A stretch of 64,000 nt of DNA. Origin: Felis catus. Taxonomy: Eukaryota. Location: assembly GCF_018350175.1 (NCBI RefSeq), contig NC_058382.1:48982001-49046000 (forward strand), given 5' to 3'. The translations under genes were made by a program, and so were the position numbers. Positions 63,559 to 64,000 of this stretch are shown here, one piece after another (position 1 is the first letter of the stretch; the number at the start of each line of letters is the position of its first letter). A model generated the notes under the pieces. It was not told the origin of the DNA. It saw only the letters and a list, made by a program, of their open reading frames with translations, and did not search any database.

Positions 63559-64000
63559 CTGCTCCAAAGAAAGTGGCTGTTTTACACAAGTATTTTATTT
63601 TCCTATCATGTAACTTTTATAAAAGAGAGAATGTGTGATCTTTTCTTATTGATTTCCCATCTCTGTATTTGGGAGAAAAAGAGGAAAACACTTAGAAATA
63701 CATTTATTTTAAAGAAAATAGTGGCGGGCATATTCAGATCGTTGTACTCTCTAGGAAATACCCGCTAAATGTGTTTTGCAAGAAATTTTTACAATTTCAG
63801 CTTTATTGAGATATAAATAAAAAGAGCTTCTAACATCTACAGCTTCAGAATGGCTGTACTGAAAAGTTCCTTTATCCACGCAAAGAAGGCAATGGACAGT
63901 GAGATTAATCTGGGAAACAGGTCTGGAAAACAGGTGCAGAAGTGAAGTCTAGTACCATGTCCCAAGTCAAGCTACACAGCAAACCATTACTGTCAGGGAA

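Overview
This is mammalian genomic DNA, almost certainly from a cat-lineage carnivore, judged by its dense feline-type CAN-SINEs and L1 fragments. The right two-thirds (about 16.8-63.6 kb, minus strand) holds the 3' part of GLG1 (Golgi glycoprotein 1/ESL-1). It has 23 coding exons that I joined by hand with consistent phases into 993 aa plus stop, an alternative terminal exon encoding a 24-aa C-terminal extension, and a 3' UTR of about 5 kb. Tail-to-tail with GLG1 on the plus strand is an apparently intact, non-rearranging antigen-receptor-like gene. Its parts are a leader exon (5597-5684), a germline-joined V+J exon (12800-13159), a C1-set constant exon (13709-14002), a probable connecting-peptide exon (14329-14385) and a TM/cytoplasmic exon (15059-15363). 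All its introns are GT-AG and phase 1, giving about 367 aa. The TM has the Ig/TCR CART-like pattern but Ala in place of the CD3-binding Lys. I do not recognise this gene as any named mammalian gene, and it is the main candidate for an undescribed system. All calls come from reading the sequence; no database searches were run.
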